Below the pieces are notes generated by a model that ran no database searches, was not told the DNA's origin, and was given only the letters and a program-made list of their open reading frames with translations. A DNA stretch of 64,000 nucleotides from NCBI GenBank assembly GCA_965198235.1, contig OZ240248.1:1792001-1856000 (forward strand), read 5' to 3'. The stretch is from Candidatus Poribacteria bacterium. GTDB lineage: Bacteria > Poribacteria > WGA-4E > WGA-3G. Below, piece by piece: positions 26,760-37,575 of the stretch. Each line of letters starts with the position of its first letter. Within the stretch, counting starts at the first letter, position 1. Both the position numbers and the translations under genes were made by a program.

Positions 26760-29537
26760 TTGAGAAAATTACAGATAACCATACTCATCTTATTTTTCAG
26801 TATCGGGTCGGTCATGCAAAGCAGTGCCGACCGAGTGCAACTCAACACGAGTGCTGCTGTCCTCCAGGACAATCTCGGTGAGAGTGTTGGTATCAGTGGT
26901 GATTATGCAGTGGTAGGTGTTCCAAATGATGATACCGACTTCGGCAGAGACACGGGCTCGCTTCAGGTCTTTCTGCGCACCGAAACCGGGTGGGTTCAAC
27001 ATCAAAAACTGTTCGCCAGCGATGCCGAGGCGGGAGACCGATTCGGAACGGCACTCGCGATGAGTGGCGATTACGTCGTCGCTGGTGCACCGAGGAACGA
27101 TGGAGCTGGAAGGAACTCAGGTGCCGCTTATGTTTTTAGGCGACAGGGTACTGAATGGGTAGAGCAAGCCAAGCTCGTCGCATCTGACGAAACGCGTAGC
27201 GACTATTTCGGTATCTCGGTAGCGATGGATGGAGATACCGCCCTCGTTGGTGCACACCGTACGAACGAACCTTTGGCAGATTGCGGTACCGTCTACGTTT
27301 TTGAGAGGAACGGAGAGATTTGGAATCAGACAGCCAAACTCTCTGCTCCAGATCCCGACAGTTTCGCATACTTCGGCTTTTCCGTCGGGCTTGATGCAGA
27401 TACCGCCATTGTGGGTGCGACTCGGGACGATGAAGCTGGACATGATGCCGGTGCTGCTTATATTTTCGTCCGAAACCAATTCGGATGGGCACCTCAGGCG
27501 AAACTTATCGGAAACAATACCGAAGCGGAAGATAACTTTGGATACGCAGTCGATGTTGATGGGGATTTTGCCATTGCGACCTCACCTAAAAACAGAGGGA
27601 GTGGTTCTGCTTACATCTATAGGCGCGAAGGGATCGAGTGGAAGCAAAAAAGAAACCGCATTCGTATTCGTATGATTCCGATTGACCCTGATGGCGCGTC
27701 CTCTTTTGGTGTTTCTGTTGACATCCGTGGAGCAACCGCTGTCATTGGTGCAACGGGGGGCAATGTTGGTGAAGCGGTCGTCGGTGCCGCTTATGTCTTT
27801 ACGCAAAATGAGCCTCCATTTTGGAACCAACACACAAAGTTGGTCGCAGGCGATAGAGAAGGCGGTGACCAGCTCGGATTCGCTGTCGCGATCGGTGAAA
27901 ACGAAGTGATCGCCGGGGCACCAAAGCATAACGCGGGGGGATTATCCTCGGGTGCCGCTTATATCTTTGAACAACGGGAAGATGGCTCCTGGGTAGAGAG
28001 TGGCAAGTTGAGTGATGGCGAAACCGCTTCAGAGGATCAGTTCGGCGTATCTGTTGCTATAAGCGGCAACTTCGCTATCTCCGGCGCACAACAAGATGAT
28101 GACATCGCACCTAACGCGGGTGCTGCCTACATCTTTGAGCGTAGTGGGCTCCTCTGGCTGCAGCGCACGAAACTCACCGCTGACGACGCAAAGGCTGGGG
28201 ATCTGTTTGGGAATGCCATTGCAATGGATGACGAAACGGTCCTTGTTGGTGCCCCCGGCGTTGATGATGCAGGACCAGAATCCGGCGCAGCTTATGTTTT
28301 CGTACAGGTCGGCGACGAATGGATTCAACAGGCGAGATTCATCGGAGACGACATCGGAATCTTTGATCGGTTCGGATCAGCCGTTGCAGTACATGAAAAT
28401 ACTGCTATCATCGGTGCACACGGGAAAGACGAAATCGGCACGGATTCCGGTGCTGCTTATGTCTTTGTCCGAAACGGTGCTTCTTGGACACAACAGGCGA
28501 AACTGACGCACCAAGGGGCTGTACCGGGGGACCTGTTCGGCTTTGCTGTTTCTGTCTATGGCGATAACGCCGTTGTCGGTGCCCATCAGAGCGACGCGGC
28601 AGGACCTGATTCAGGCGCGGCCTATTTCTTTACACGCAATGGAGGCAGATGGACACAAGACATTCTGCTTGTTCCAAATGATATTAGCATCGGTGACGCA
28701 TTCGGTTACGCTGTCAATCTAACCAAGGGTGCCGCTATCATTGGTGCACCTAAAGAAGATCGACATCTTGATAACGTAGGAGCCGCTTATGTTTTTGTGG
28801 AGACCCGAAACGCTTGGGTACAACAGGCGAAGTTAGGGGCAAGCGATGCCGACACCGGAGATGAATTCGGTTCAGCAGTCGCAATCTATGAAGATACTGT
28901 GATCGTCGGGGCGTGGAAAGATAATCACGCCTTAGTTGACCCCCATGAAAATCCGGCACTGCAACTCGACAAAGGTTCAGCTTACTCCTTTCTGCGTGAC
29001 GGGCTATCTTGGGTAGAGAAAAGGCGGATCGAGGCCGCCTACACGAGACAGGCGGACCTATTCGGGGCATCTGTTGCAATCAAAGGCGCGTTTGCTATCG
29101 TCGGTGCCTCAGGTAGCGACAATGCCGGGGATAACTCAGGATCCGCGTTTATCTTTAACCCAATTGATCTCGGGTTCCGCTCTGCGGATATCCCTTTCTC
29201 TGTGGATCCGGCATCGCATGCACTCTCGACGCTCGGATATATTAAACAGACGACGATTCTCCAGAATTATCCGAATCCCTTTAACCCAGAAACATGGTTC
29301 CCTTACGATCTGGCAGAGAAGGCAGAAGTCATCTTGAAAATTTACGATGTCCGTGGGGCACTTGTACGTCAATTGAATATTGGGCAACAGGAACCGGGCA
29401 GTTATCGGAGCCAAGAAAAAGCCGCGTACTGGGATGGAAAAGACCAATATGGAACGAAGGTCGCAAGCGGTATGTATTTCTACACGTTTTCTGCTGGCGA
29501 TTTCCAACGCACCCGTCGAATGGTAATTCTGAAATAG
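26760..29537 (+). CDS. Secreted FG-GAP (integrin-like) repeat protein with C-terminal FlgD-Ig/T9SS-like sorting domain
   Basis: About 14 repeats 'FG.SVAI.GD..VVGA...D.AG..SGAAYVF'; 'QNYPNPFNP...WDGKD...ASGMYFY...RRMVILK'. Confidence 0.9.
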   Translation: MRKLQITILILFFSIGSVMQSSADRVQLNTSAAVLQDNLGESVGISGDYAVVGVPNDDTDFGRDTGSLQVFLRTETGWVQHQKLFASDAEAGDRFGTALAMSGDYVVAGAPRNDGAGRNSGAAYVFRRQGTEWVEQAKLVASDETRSDYFGISVAMDGDTALVGAHRTNEPLADCGTVYVFERNGEIWNQTAKLSAPDPDSFAYFGFSVGLDADTAIVGATRDDEAGHDAGAAYIFVRNQFGWAPQAKLIGNNTEAEDNFGYAVDVDGDFAIATSPKNRGSGSAYIYRREGIEWKQKRNRIRIRMIPIDPDGASSFGVSVDIRGATAVIGATGGNVGEAVVGAAYVFTQNEPPFWNQHTKLVAGDREGGDQLGFAVAIGENEVIAGAPKHNAGGLSSGAAYIFEQREDGSWVESGKLSDGETASEDQFGVSVAISGNFAISGAQQDDDIAPNAGAAYIFERSGLLWLQRTKLTADDAKAGDLFGNAIAMDDETVLVGAPGVDDAGPESGAAYVFVQVGDEWIQQARFIGDDIGIFDRFGSAVAVHENTAIIGAHGKDEIGTDSGAAYVFVRNGASWTQQAKLTHQGAVPGDLFGFAVSVYGDNAVVGAHQSDAAGPDSGAAYFFTRNGGRWTQDILLVPNDISIGDAFGYAVNLTKGAAIIGAPKEDRHLDNVGAAYVFVETRNAWVQQAKLGASDADTGDEFGSAVAIYEDTVIVGAWKDNHALVDPHENPALQLDKGSAYSFLRDGLSWVEKRRIEAAYTRQADLFGASVAIKGAFAIVGASGSDNAGDNSGSAFIFNPIDLGFRSADIPFSVDPASHALSTLGYIKQTTILQNYPNPFNPETWFPYDLAEKAEVILKIYDVRGALVRQLNIGQQEPGSYRSQEKAAYWDGKDQYGTKVASGMYFYTFSAGDFQRTRRMVILK

Positions 29538-29571
29538 CATTTCCTTTTTTAAACAATTGGCCTTCGCGCTG

Positions 29572-29720
29572 CCCTCCATTACATTTCGGGCAGGTTCTTG
29601 ACTTATTTCAACGTGGACTGAACTATGGGAGGAGTTTCTAACTCCGATTGCTTTCAAATAAATCAGAAACCATCGTGAAACGAAGCGGAACGATGCGCGA
29701 TGGGCCATAGCTTAAAATGT
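29572..29720. repeat. Repeat cluster including the short form of Family B (ACCATCGTGAAACG-AAGC-GGAACGATGC...ATAGCTTAAAA)
   Basis: 29669-29696 matches the reverse complement of 19198-19226. Confidence 0.7.
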
Positions 29721-29735
29721 GGAGACAAGCACTAT

Positions 29736-30134
29736 ATGAGCCAACATACTGGCTATGACGATTTACAAACCCATATCCGTCAACTGAAAACACCTGCAAT
29801 TGAGACATGGGAAAATCAGTATAGCCACCGAGATTACACAATCGAGATTACCAACTTAGAGTTTACTGCCGTATGTCCTAAAACAGGACTACCGGATTTC
29901 GCAACCCTCTGTATCACTTACGTGCCAGACCTGCATTGTGTCGAACTGAAATCGTTGAAGGAATACTTCCTTTTCTACCGAGATGTCGGTATCTTTCATG
30001 AACACGTCGTGAATAAGGTGTTAGAGGACTTTGTTGCAGCCTGTCAACCGCGGAAGGCAGAAGTCGTCGGAGATTTTAACATCCGCGGCGGCATCAAAAC
30101 GGTCGTGCGTGCAAGCTATCAAAAGCCTTTTTAA
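29736..30134 (+). CDS. queF: NADPH-dependent 7-cyano-7-deazaguanine reductase QueF (unimodular)
   Basis: 'EFTAVCPKTGLPDFA', QueF motif 'VELKSLKEY', 'FHE', 'RGGI'. Confidence 0.95.
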   Translation: MSQHTGYDDLQTHIRQLKTPAIETWENQYSHRDYTIEITNLEFTAVCPKTGLPDFATLCITYVPDLHCVELKSLKEYFLFYRDVGIFHEHVVNKVLEDFVAACQPRKAEVVGDFNIRGGIKTVVRASYQKPF

Positions 30135-30320
30135 GTAATTGAATCTGCGCGTCGTTCCAAATGTAAAGCAAAGACAAATTATGCCATTTAAGTCATAATT
30201 TCATTTCACGATGGGTTCCGTCTGAGTAGAGACCCTACGTTAGGTGATGAAAGGTTGCTAACTTTACTGGAAACCATTGCGTAATGTAATGGAGCAATGC
30301 TCGGAGGCAATCGTTTAAAA
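30132..30320. repeat. Two divergent Family B elements between convergent genes
   Basis: 30132-30213 (minus, with the central palindrome) and 30271-30320 (plus); both end at the TTAA that holds the stop codon of the flanking gene. Confidence 0.7.
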
Positions 30321-31343
30321 AATCGGAACGGAACGACCTATCCTCGCAGATTCGTAAAGCGCATCGAAGATTTTCGCAACGTTCAACACCTCTTCAGCAG
30401 GAACAGGAGACGACAATCCGTCTCGAATAGCCGTGTGGAACGATTCAAATTCACTCGGTAACCCTGTAAGAAGTTTCGGCGTGTAGTTCACCATCTCATC
30501 TTTTTTGTCGAGGTAAATCTGAAGCGGTTCATAAGTCGCACCGGCTAAGTCCCCCATGAAAAACGTCCCGCCGATGTTTTCAATATGTGATGCCCAGGCC
30601 GTTTCCAAGGTCACCGTCAGATCCCCCTCAAAGCGGATAGTCCCCATCGCGAAGTCTTCCACCTCAAATTCTTCAGGATTCCATTTGCCCCACGGATTGA
30701 TGACATTCTCTCTATGTCCAAACTTCGTTGCCGTCATCCCGAAAGCCTCGATAGGTTTCGGAGAACCGATCATCCAGAGCAGCACATCAAGGATATGCAC
30801 GCCGATGTCAATCAACGGTCCGCCACCTGCAATGGCTTTACTGATAAAAGATGGTGAGGCAGGTACCCCACGCCGCCGCATCGACATTGCACGGGCATAG
30901 TAGATGTCTCCAAAGAAACCTTCATCATAGAGTTTGCGTAGGGTGCGCGCCTCAGCACGGAACCGAGATTGTAACCCGATCTGTAGAACTTTACCACTCG
31001 CTTTCTGCGCATCCACCATCGCTTGCCCGTCAATAGCATTGCCAGCGATCGGCTTTTCAGAGATGACGTGTTTTCCGGCGTTCAACGCTGCAATCGTTGG
31101 ACCGGCATGGAAGTTATTCGGCGTGCAAACGCTCACCGCATCCAATTCATCCATGGCAGCTAATTCCTCATAATCACTGAAAACGTGTGGAATGCCGTGT
31201 TGTTTGGCGAACGCTTTCGCGCGGGCCTCGTCGATGTCACACGCGGCGACAATCGAAACACCCTTGACACCTTTATGGCCCGGTAGGTGTTTACCGCCAG
31301 CAATACCACCACACCCAACAATACCTACCTTAATGTCCTTCAT
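30315..31343 (-). CDS. Gfo/Idh/MocA family oxidoreductase
   Basis: 'VGIVGCGGIA', 'AGKHVISEKP', 'GGGPLIDIGVH'. Confidence 0.92.
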   Translation of the reverse strand: MKDIKVGIVGCGGIAGGKHLPGHKGVKGVSIVAACDIDEARAKAFAKQHGIPHVFSDYEELAAMDELDAVSVCTPNNFHAGPTIAALNAGKHVISEKPIAGNAIDGQAMVDAQKASGKVLQIGLQSRFRAEARTLRKLYDEGFFGDIYYARAMSMRRRGVPASPSFISKAIAGGGPLIDIGVHILDVLLWMIGSPKPIEAFGMTATKFGHRENVINPWGKWNPEEFEVEDFAMGTIRFEGDLTVTLETAWASHIENIGGTFFMGDLAGATYEPLQIYLDKKDEMVNYTPKLLTGLPSEFESFHTAIRDGLSSPVPAEEVLNVAKIFDALYESARIGRSVPIF

Positions 31344-31362
31344 TTTTTCCCTTTCTCTCTTA

Positions 31363-32211
31363 TTAAATCGCGACGATCTGTGGGGCTTGTTCCAAGTTCA
31401 GATTATGCGTCGCTGCCCATTCTGAACCAGCCCAGTGTACGCCGTTCGGATCGCGCCTGCCTTGTGTGTCTATGGATGCCCCGAGAAACTGTCTGCCGAG
31501 ATCATCCAGGTTTTCCACCAGTGTTTCAGCCGGTTGCAGACTGTCATTGTAATAGCGCAAATAATAATCCGGCTTAATCCAGCGGTAATGGTACCCGTAG
31601 ATGACGACCTTAGAGATATTCTCTGTGAAGTTCAGCCCCGCCGCATGATAGATACGGCTTTCAAACAGGAACGCGTCTCCTGCACGGAGGAGCGGTTCGT
31701 CGTACGCAAGCGGATCGACTTGACCTTCGGGAATACTCAACGGTTTACTCAGTTTATGGCTCTTTCGGATAAACCATGTCGCACCTGAGTCCGGTACGCT
31801 GAAATCCGTTAAGCAGTAGCCTACCTTCAAGCCGACGCGCGGACACCCTGCGTACCCAACGTCCAAATGCACACCGACATCTCGATGCCAATTGCGGTTG
31901 TCAGGTTTTTCAGGTGCCTGTGGGTGTTTGTGGATAAGTGCTGTGTTCGTAATATGGATATTTGTACCGAGCAGTTGAAGAATCAACGGCACTGCCTTTG
32001 ACTGCGTCGCGAGGTCAGCGAATGCAGGTTCTTGCACCAACCCGTCCCGCCGATGTGCGTAATAGTTGTGGTACTCAAACGATTCCATGAGCCGTTCGCC
32101 TGCCTCGGTCAGACGTTGAATCATCTCATTGTCAATTGCTGAGCGCACAATGAGGTAACCGTTCTCCTCAAATTCTTGGTGTTGTGTCTCCGTCAACTGA
32201 ACAAATTTCAT
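31363..32211 (-). CDS. Phytanoyl-CoA dioxygenase (PhyH) family protein
   Basis: 'LTE.Q..EFEENGYLIV', 'WHRD', 'GDAFLF....YHAA'. Confidence 0.9.
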   Translation of the reverse strand: MKFVQLTETQHQEFEENGYLIVRSAIDNEMIQRLTEAGERLMESFEYHNYYAHRRDGLVQEPAFADLATQSKAVPLILQLLGTNIHITNTALIHKHPQAPEKPDNRNWHRDVGVHLDVGYAGCPRVGLKVGYCLTDFSVPDSGATWFIRKSHKLSKPLSIPEGQVDPLAYDEPLLRAGDAFLFESRIYHAAGLNFTENISKVVIYGYHYRWIKPDYYLRYYNDSLQPAETLVENLDDLGRQFLGASIDTQGRRDPNGVHWAGSEWAATHNLNLEQAPQIVAI

Positions 32212-32274
32212 CAGTTTTCTCCTTTATCTTCTGACTTTCGTAGATGGGCTTGCAAACTGCGCCCTGATAGAGAG

Positions 32275-32303
32275 TTGATAGACACGTGAAAATATGCTAT
32301 CAT
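32275..32303 (+). promoter_or_regulatory. Putative sigma70 promoter
   Basis: TTGATA-N17-TATCAT with extended -10 TG. Confidence 0.5.
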
Positions 32304-32486
32304 AAATGCAAAACGGTGTCTACTAATAAACAGGGTTGTTCAGAGATATAAGGAAAACCAAAAAGCGAAGCCCAAGCATCGCGCTGGTTCTCACTGCGAA
32401 GCATCTACGGAAAGGAACATCAAAGTCATGGGGAAACACCCAAGCAAAAACACCCAGTTCACTGAACCGCAAGGAAAATGAAAAAA

Positions 32487-33629
32487 ATGAAAACGAAGTT
32501 TCTCTGCCTTTCTTTACTAATTTTCCTATCGGTGGCGTATCTTGCACCGGCAGAGCAGGGCAAACCGGACGAGGCAACGCTCGCCTACGAGGTAGGTCTG
32601 CAAGCACTTGATCGGAAAGAGGATCACAGTGCTTTTGCAGCGTTTCAACGGGCAGTAGAACTGGATCCGACCCTCGCCGAGGCGCACTATCAACTCGGGG
32701 TGCTTTACGGCAAACAATCGCAATGGAAACCAGCGATTGATGCGCTCCAGACTGCGATTAACCTCACACCCGATTTTGCTGATGCACACGTTCGCCTCGG
32801 CGAAGCTTATCTTATCGGCATGGCAAGCGCTAAAGATGCGATTGAACCGTTGCGACGCGCGCTGCAATTGCGACCCGATCTCTCACGCGCGCGAAGGCTT
32901 TTAGGTGATGCCTATCTCCGTCAGAACCGAATCGAAGATGCGGTTCATCACCTTGAACAAGCGATGCAGGATAGTGAAGCACGTTACCTTCTCGGTCTTG
33001 CTTACTTTCAAAAAGAAAACTTCACACAAGCAATACTGCATTTTGAAGCAGTTATTAAACGCCAAAATCGACACGCGAAAGCGCATTTCAATCTTGGGAA
33101 TTGTTATCTCCGCACGGGGAAAGTCGCTGAAGGACGCACTGCACTCCGCACATTTGAGAAACTCACGCGCGAAGAGGAACAATTGGCATCACTGCAGCGT
33201 TTGGTCCACAACCATCCGCAACGCCTTCAGCCTCGTTATGAGCTTGCAGAACTACGTGTAAAAAGAACGGAATGGGAACTTGCTACGGCAGAGCTTAAAG
33301 CATGTCTCACCATCGCGCCGCACGATGAGAAAGCATCTGAACTGCTCGGTTACATCTACCTGCAAATAGAGGCTTATCCAGAGGCACTTGAAGTCTATGG
33401 GGGTCTCGTTGAAGCACACCCAGAGAGCGCAATATACCGGAATAGTCTCGGCATTGTCTATATGATGCTAAAAAAACCTCGGCAGGCGATCGCGCAGTTT
33501 GAAACGGCGACACGCCTTGGCACAATGAATCCACAACTTTACCGAAACTTGGCGAATGCCTATCGGCAAATCGGCGAGCGGGCGAAAGCAGAACAGGCGT
33601 ACCAACGTTACCGCTCACTGACGAAATGA
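32487..33629 (+). CDS. Secreted TPR protein
   Basis: Signal peptide then many TPRs ('AEAHYQLGVLY', 'AHFNLGNCY'); start 32478 or 32487. Confidence 0.88.
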   Translation: MKTKFLCLSLLIFLSVAYLAPAEQGKPDEATLAYEVGLQALDRKEDHSAFAAFQRAVELDPTLAEAHYQLGVLYGKQSQWKPAIDALQTAINLTPDFADAHVRLGEAYLIGMASAKDAIEPLRRALQLRPDLSRARRLLGDAYLRQNRIEDAVHHLEQAMQDSEARYLLGLAYFQKENFTQAILHFEAVIKRQNRHAKAHFNLGNCYLRTGKVAEGRTALRTFEKLTREEEQLASLQRLVHNHPQRLQPRYELAELRVKRTEWELATAELKACLTIAPHDEKASELLGYIYLQIEAYPEALEVYGGLVEAHPESAIYRNSLGIVYMMLKKPRQAIAQFETATRLGTMNPQLYRNLANAYRQIGERAKAEQAYQRYRSLTK

Positions 33630-33715
33630 AATTCCGTTTTTCTCATCAGGCTTAGTGTTTTGGATGCGGTTGTTTTGGACGAATCTACTGTAAAAAATGG
33701 CTATGAGAAGATCGG

Positions 33716-33809
33716 AAACCTGTGCGAAACGAAATTATGCCTTAACTGGCATAATTTGTCTTTGCTTTACATTTGGAGCACAGTCCAGGCGGCTATAATT
33801 AAAAATATG
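33716..33809 (+). repeat. Family B element ending at the GMC start codon
   Basis: gaaacgaaattatgccttaactggcataatttgtctttgctttacatttggagc...ATAATTAAAAATATG. Confidence 0.8.
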
Positions 33810-35360
33810 AACAAATCACAATCTCGACTTTCAGGTGTTACCAATATCTCATCCTCATGGCTGAGGAAAAAGAGTTTACAGCGGCAAAAGCATGCCGATG
33901 TCTGCGTTATCGGTTCCGGTGCAGGGGGCGCGGTCGTCGCAAAGGAACTCGCTGAAGCCGGGCTATCGGTAATTATTTTAGAGGCAGGGGAAAATCACGA
34001 TCCAAGTACCTTCAGCAGTTACGAACCGGAAATGCTCCGTCGCCTTTTCTGGGATAGCGGTTTACGGTGCACACGGGACAATGCGATCGTCATTTCGCAG
34101 GGAAAAGGCGTTGGCGGTTCAACGGTGCACAACCTCTGTTATGCGGTCCGTCCACCCCAAGCACTGTTATACAAGTGGCGGGTTCCAGAGATTTGGCCCC
34201 ACTTCAATCAGGTGGAGCAGACGCTCGGCGTTACGCAGATGCGAGAAACAGACGTAAATCTATTAAATGCTGTTATCCGCCGTGGGTGCGAGGCGATGCG
34301 GTGGCGCGGTGGATTGCAAAGGCACAATCGTGGTGCATGCCCGACATGTGGAGCTCAGTGTCTTTTTGGATGTCCTGTTTCCAAAGTAGCGCAAGGCACT
34401 TCGAGAGGAACAGGAAAACAAAGCATGGCGGTTACGTATATCCCTTTGGCACTTGCCGCAGGTGCGAAACTTTACAGCGACTGTATGGCTGAGGAAATTC
34501 ACGTGAAAAAAGGGCGAGTCGTTGGTGTTTCCGCACGGGTGCCATCGGGCACACTGCGTGTTCAAAGCGATATAGTGGTACTCGCCGCTGGGGCAATCAA
34601 CTCACCACAACTTTGGTTAAAAAGCCGACTTCCCAATACAAACCAGCGGGTCGGGAAAAATCTTCATCTGCATCCCGCTGCTTTCGTCGGCGGTGTCTTT
34701 AACGAAACTATCAACGGGCATCTCGGCATCCCGCAAAGTTACTATATTGATCACTTTCTGGATTTGAGACGCACGCCGGACAGCGGTTATCTGCTCATGC
34801 CGGCTTTCGGTTCACAGATGGTAGTTGCGGCGAGTTTGCCAGGGTTCGGTGAAGATCATCGAGAATTGATGGAACGCTATCACCACATCGCCGCGCTCCT
34901 CATTCTTTTGCATGACAGAACAACTGGACGCGTATCGGTAAATTATAAAGGCTCTCCGAACATTGCATACCGACTACGCCGTTCGGATAGAAAGGTATTG
35001 GTGGAAGGGATAATCAACGCCGCTCGACTCCTTTTCGCCGCAGGAGCAACAGAAATTCTGATGCCTTACACACAGCACCTTCCTATCAAAACAGAGGCTG
35101 ACCTTGATATTATCCGCCAACGTGGCATCGTGCCAAACGACATCATGTTGGCTTCCAGTCATCCACAGGGCACACTTCAGATGGGCGAAAATCCGAACAG
35201 CAGCGTCGTTAATCTTTCAGGGGAATCCCACGCCGTGAAAGGTTTATTTGTTGCCGATGCAAGTCTTTTCCCAACTTCTGTCGGTATACCACCGACATTG
35301 ACGATCGCCGCGCTCGCTACGCATGTTGCCCATCGGATAACAGAGAGCGGTATCGTGTAG
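33807..35360 (+). CDS. GMC family oxidoreductase (long-chain alcohol oxidase-like)
   Basis: 'VIGSGAGG', 'GVGGSTVHN', 'LAAGAINSP', 'NLHLHP', 'SHPQGT', 'VADASLFPT'; the ORF-track N-terminus is repeat DNA. Confidence 0.9.
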   Translation: MNKSQSRLSGVTNISSSWLRKKSLQRQKHADVCVIGSGAGGAVVAKELAEAGLSVIILEAGENHDPSTFSSYEPEMLRRLFWDSGLRCTRDNAIVISQGKGVGGSTVHNLCYAVRPPQALLYKWRVPEIWPHFNQVEQTLGVTQMRETDVNLLNAVIRRGCEAMRWRGGLQRHNRGACPTCGAQCLFGCPVSKVAQGTSRGTGKQSMAVTYIPLALAAGAKLYSDCMAEEIHVKKGRVVGVSARVPSGTLRVQSDIVVLAAGAINSPQLWLKSRLPNTNQRVGKNLHLHPAAFVGGVFNETINGHLGIPQSYYIDHFLDLRRTPDSGYLLMPAFGSQMVVAASLPGFGEDHRELMERYHHIAALLILLHDRTTGRVSVNYKGSPNIAYRLRRSDRKVLVEGIINAARLLFAAGATEILMPYTQHLPIKTEADLDIIRQRGIVPNDIMLASSHPQGTLQMGENPNSSVVNLSGESHAVKGLFVADASLFPTSVGIPPTLTIAALATHVAHRITESGIV

Positions 35361-35417
35361 GAGTGACAAGTTGCTTCCCACAATCCCCGGACTTCAGCGC
35401 AAAAGCGGGTTAACAAG

Positions 35418-36437
35418 ATGATTGAATCAATCCCACACCTTTCACTCGGAAGCTTCCCAACACCGGTGGAACGTCTCTCAAACCTTGAACGCGCCCTCGG
35501 CTTCAAGTCGCTCTGGATAAAACGAGACGATCTCAGTGGTCCGTTAGGCGGCGGCAACAAGGTACGTAAATTAGAGTACATGTTTGCGGCGGCGCAAGCA
35601 TTCCCCGATGGAGACGAGAAAAAAACGCTTTTTACAATCGGTCCAACAGGCTCTAATCACGTCCGAGCGACAGCCGTTTATGGGAAAGCATCGGGGTTTC
35701 GCGTGGAATGCTTGCTCTTTAAACAACCTCCGACTGAGTATTCTGAAGCAAACTATCGCGAAATTTATGAAAATGCCTACCGAGTCTACGAAGTGAAACG
35801 TATGCATACGATGTTCGCTCGTTACGCCTATGAACAGACTAAGACGGTTCTTGGGATTGGAGAGGAACGCTACTTCATTCCAGCGGGTGGTTCTTCACCA
35901 CTCGGTTCTGTCGGTTATGTGAAAGCGGTTTCAGAACTGAAGTCCCAGATTGAGGCGGACATCTTGCCAGAACCGCGATTTATCTTTGTTCCCGTAGGAA
36001 CCTGCGGAACGATAGCAGGCTTGATCGTTGGCGTGCGACTCGCCGGGTTGCGAACCCAAATTGTGGGTGTACGCGTCGCTGACTCGGTGGTGGCAAATTC
36101 GTGGGCAATCTCCCGTATGGTACGCCATATCCTACGTCTCATCGGCGCAGTAGACGCTCACGACATCAACCCACGCCGTATTGAACTCTGGCACGGCGAT
36201 TTTGGAAAAGGGTATGCCATTCCAACGGAAGCCGGCACGCGTGCAGTCGCAATGATGGCTGAACATGAAGGTATTACGCTCGAAAATACATACACCGGCA
36301 AAACGTTGGCAGGGATGGCTCACTACATAAAAGATCACGGATGTGAAGGCGAACACGTCCTGTTCTGGAACACGTATGGCACAACGTTAGTTCCGACGCT
36401 GGCGAGGTTTCCAACCTCGCCCACACAAAAAACTTGA
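35418..36437 (+). CDS. PLP-dependent D-cysteine desulfhydrase/ACC deaminase family protein
   Basis: 'PTPVE', 'WIKRDD..GGNKVRKLE', 'SNH', 'GTCGTIAG', 'YTGK'. Confidence 0.88.
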   Translation: MIESIPHLSLGSFPTPVERLSNLERALGFKSLWIKRDDLSGPLGGGNKVRKLEYMFAAAQAFPDGDEKKTLFTIGPTGSNHVRATAVYGKASGFRVECLLFKQPPTEYSEANYREIYENAYRVYEVKRMHTMFARYAYEQTKTVLGIGEERYFIPAGGSSPLGSVGYVKAVSELKSQIEADILPEPRFIFVPVGTCGTIAGLIVGVRLAGLRTQIVGVRVADSVVANSWAISRMVRHILRLIGAVDAHDINPRRIELWHGDFGKGYAIPTEAGTRAVAMMAEHEGITLENTYTGKTLAGMAHYIKDHGCEGEHVLFWNTYGTTLVPTLARFPTSPTQKT

Positions 36438-36489
36438 TAAACTCAACAAAGTGGCGTATAATTCAATCCTAAATGCAAAAGGAAAATGT

Positions 36490-37575
36490 ATGGAAACAGA
36501 GAAGAGTAAACCCAATTTCGTTCAAGCTGGCATGTCCATAATCGACTGCGACCTCCACAATCGGCTTCCCTCACATCGGGTGCTCTACCCGTACCTACCC
36601 GATTACTGGTGCGATTATTGCGAGGAATCCGGCTTTCCCGGACCGGACGCGGACGACTATCCAGACGGTGTCCCGACTTCAACCCGACCGGAAATCACGT
36701 ACTCCTCAGAAGACCGTCCCGCATCGGATTTAGCACTCCTACGTGAACACGCCCTCGATTACTGGGAAGTCGAATACGGTGTCCTCACCTGTGGCTATCG
36801 GGTCCAGAGCGTACACAACGAAGACTTAGCAGCGGCACTCGCTTCGGCGGTCAACGATTGGCAGATTGAACACTGGCTGGATCCTGAACCCCGCTTACGC
36901 GGTTCGCTGATTGTGCCGAGCCAAAACCCGGAACTCGCGGCAAGGGAAATTGAACGTTTAGGTGGGCATCCGGGGTTTGTACAGGTAATGCTACCTGCCC
37001 GATCACAAGCACCTTACGGCAATAGACGCTATCATCCGATCTACGCTGCAGCTGTGCGTCACCAACTCGTAATCGGTATCCATTACGGTGGTGCTCCTGG
37101 ACTACCACCGACTTCTGTTGGATGGCCCTCGACTTATTTAGAAGGGTATGTTGGTATGTCGCAGGTATTTCAGGCGCAGGTGCTGAGTCTCGTGTCAGAA
37201 GGAGTCTTTGAACTGTTTCCCGACTTACGTGTTGCGCTCATAGAGACCGGTGTCACCTGGATGCCATCCCTCATGTGGCGGTTCGATAAGGAATGGCGCG
37301 GCTTACGAAGTCTGACCCCCTGGGTTAAGCAGCTGCCGTCAGCATATATCCGCCAACATATCCGTATGACGCTCCAGCCGATTGATGCGCCGCCAACCGC
37401 AGCAGAACTCCTTCAGATTGTCGGTCAACTCGATTCAGAAGACATGTTGATGTTCTCAAGCGACTATCCCCACTGGCACTTTGACTCTCCCGCCGAAGCC
37501 TTTCCTGCGCAACTGCCCCAATCGTTAGCACGCAAAATCTTGTCCGAAAATGCGAGGGAATTCTATCGCTTTTGA
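36490..37575 (+). CDS. Amidohydrolase 2 family protein
   Basis: 'IIDCDLH', 'IGIH', 'IETG', 'SSDYPHWHFD'; paralogue of 48720..49799. Confidence 0.9.
   Translation: METEKSKPNFVQAGMSIIDCDLHNRLPSHRVLYPYLPDYWCDYCEESGFPGPDADDYPDGVPTSTRPEITYSSEDRPASDLALLREHALDYWEVEYGVLTCGYRVQSVHNEDLAAALASAVNDWQIEHWLDPEPRLRGSLIVPSQNPELAAREIERLGGHPGFVQVMLPARSQAPYGNRRYHPIYAAAVRHQLVIGIHYGGAPGLPPTSVGWPSTYLEGYVGMSQVFQAQVLSLVSEGVFELFPDLRVALIETGVTWMPSLMWRFDKEWRGLRSLTPWVKQLPSAYIRQHIRMTLQPIDAPPTAAELLQIVGQLDSEDMLMFSSDYPHWHFDSPAEAFPAQLPQSLARKILSENAREFYRF

Noticed and set aside
29540-29735. preQ1 riboswitch upstream of queF (also looked upstream of queG)
   Set aside because: No preQ1 stem-loop with A-rich tail recognisable; the region consists of repeat-family DNA
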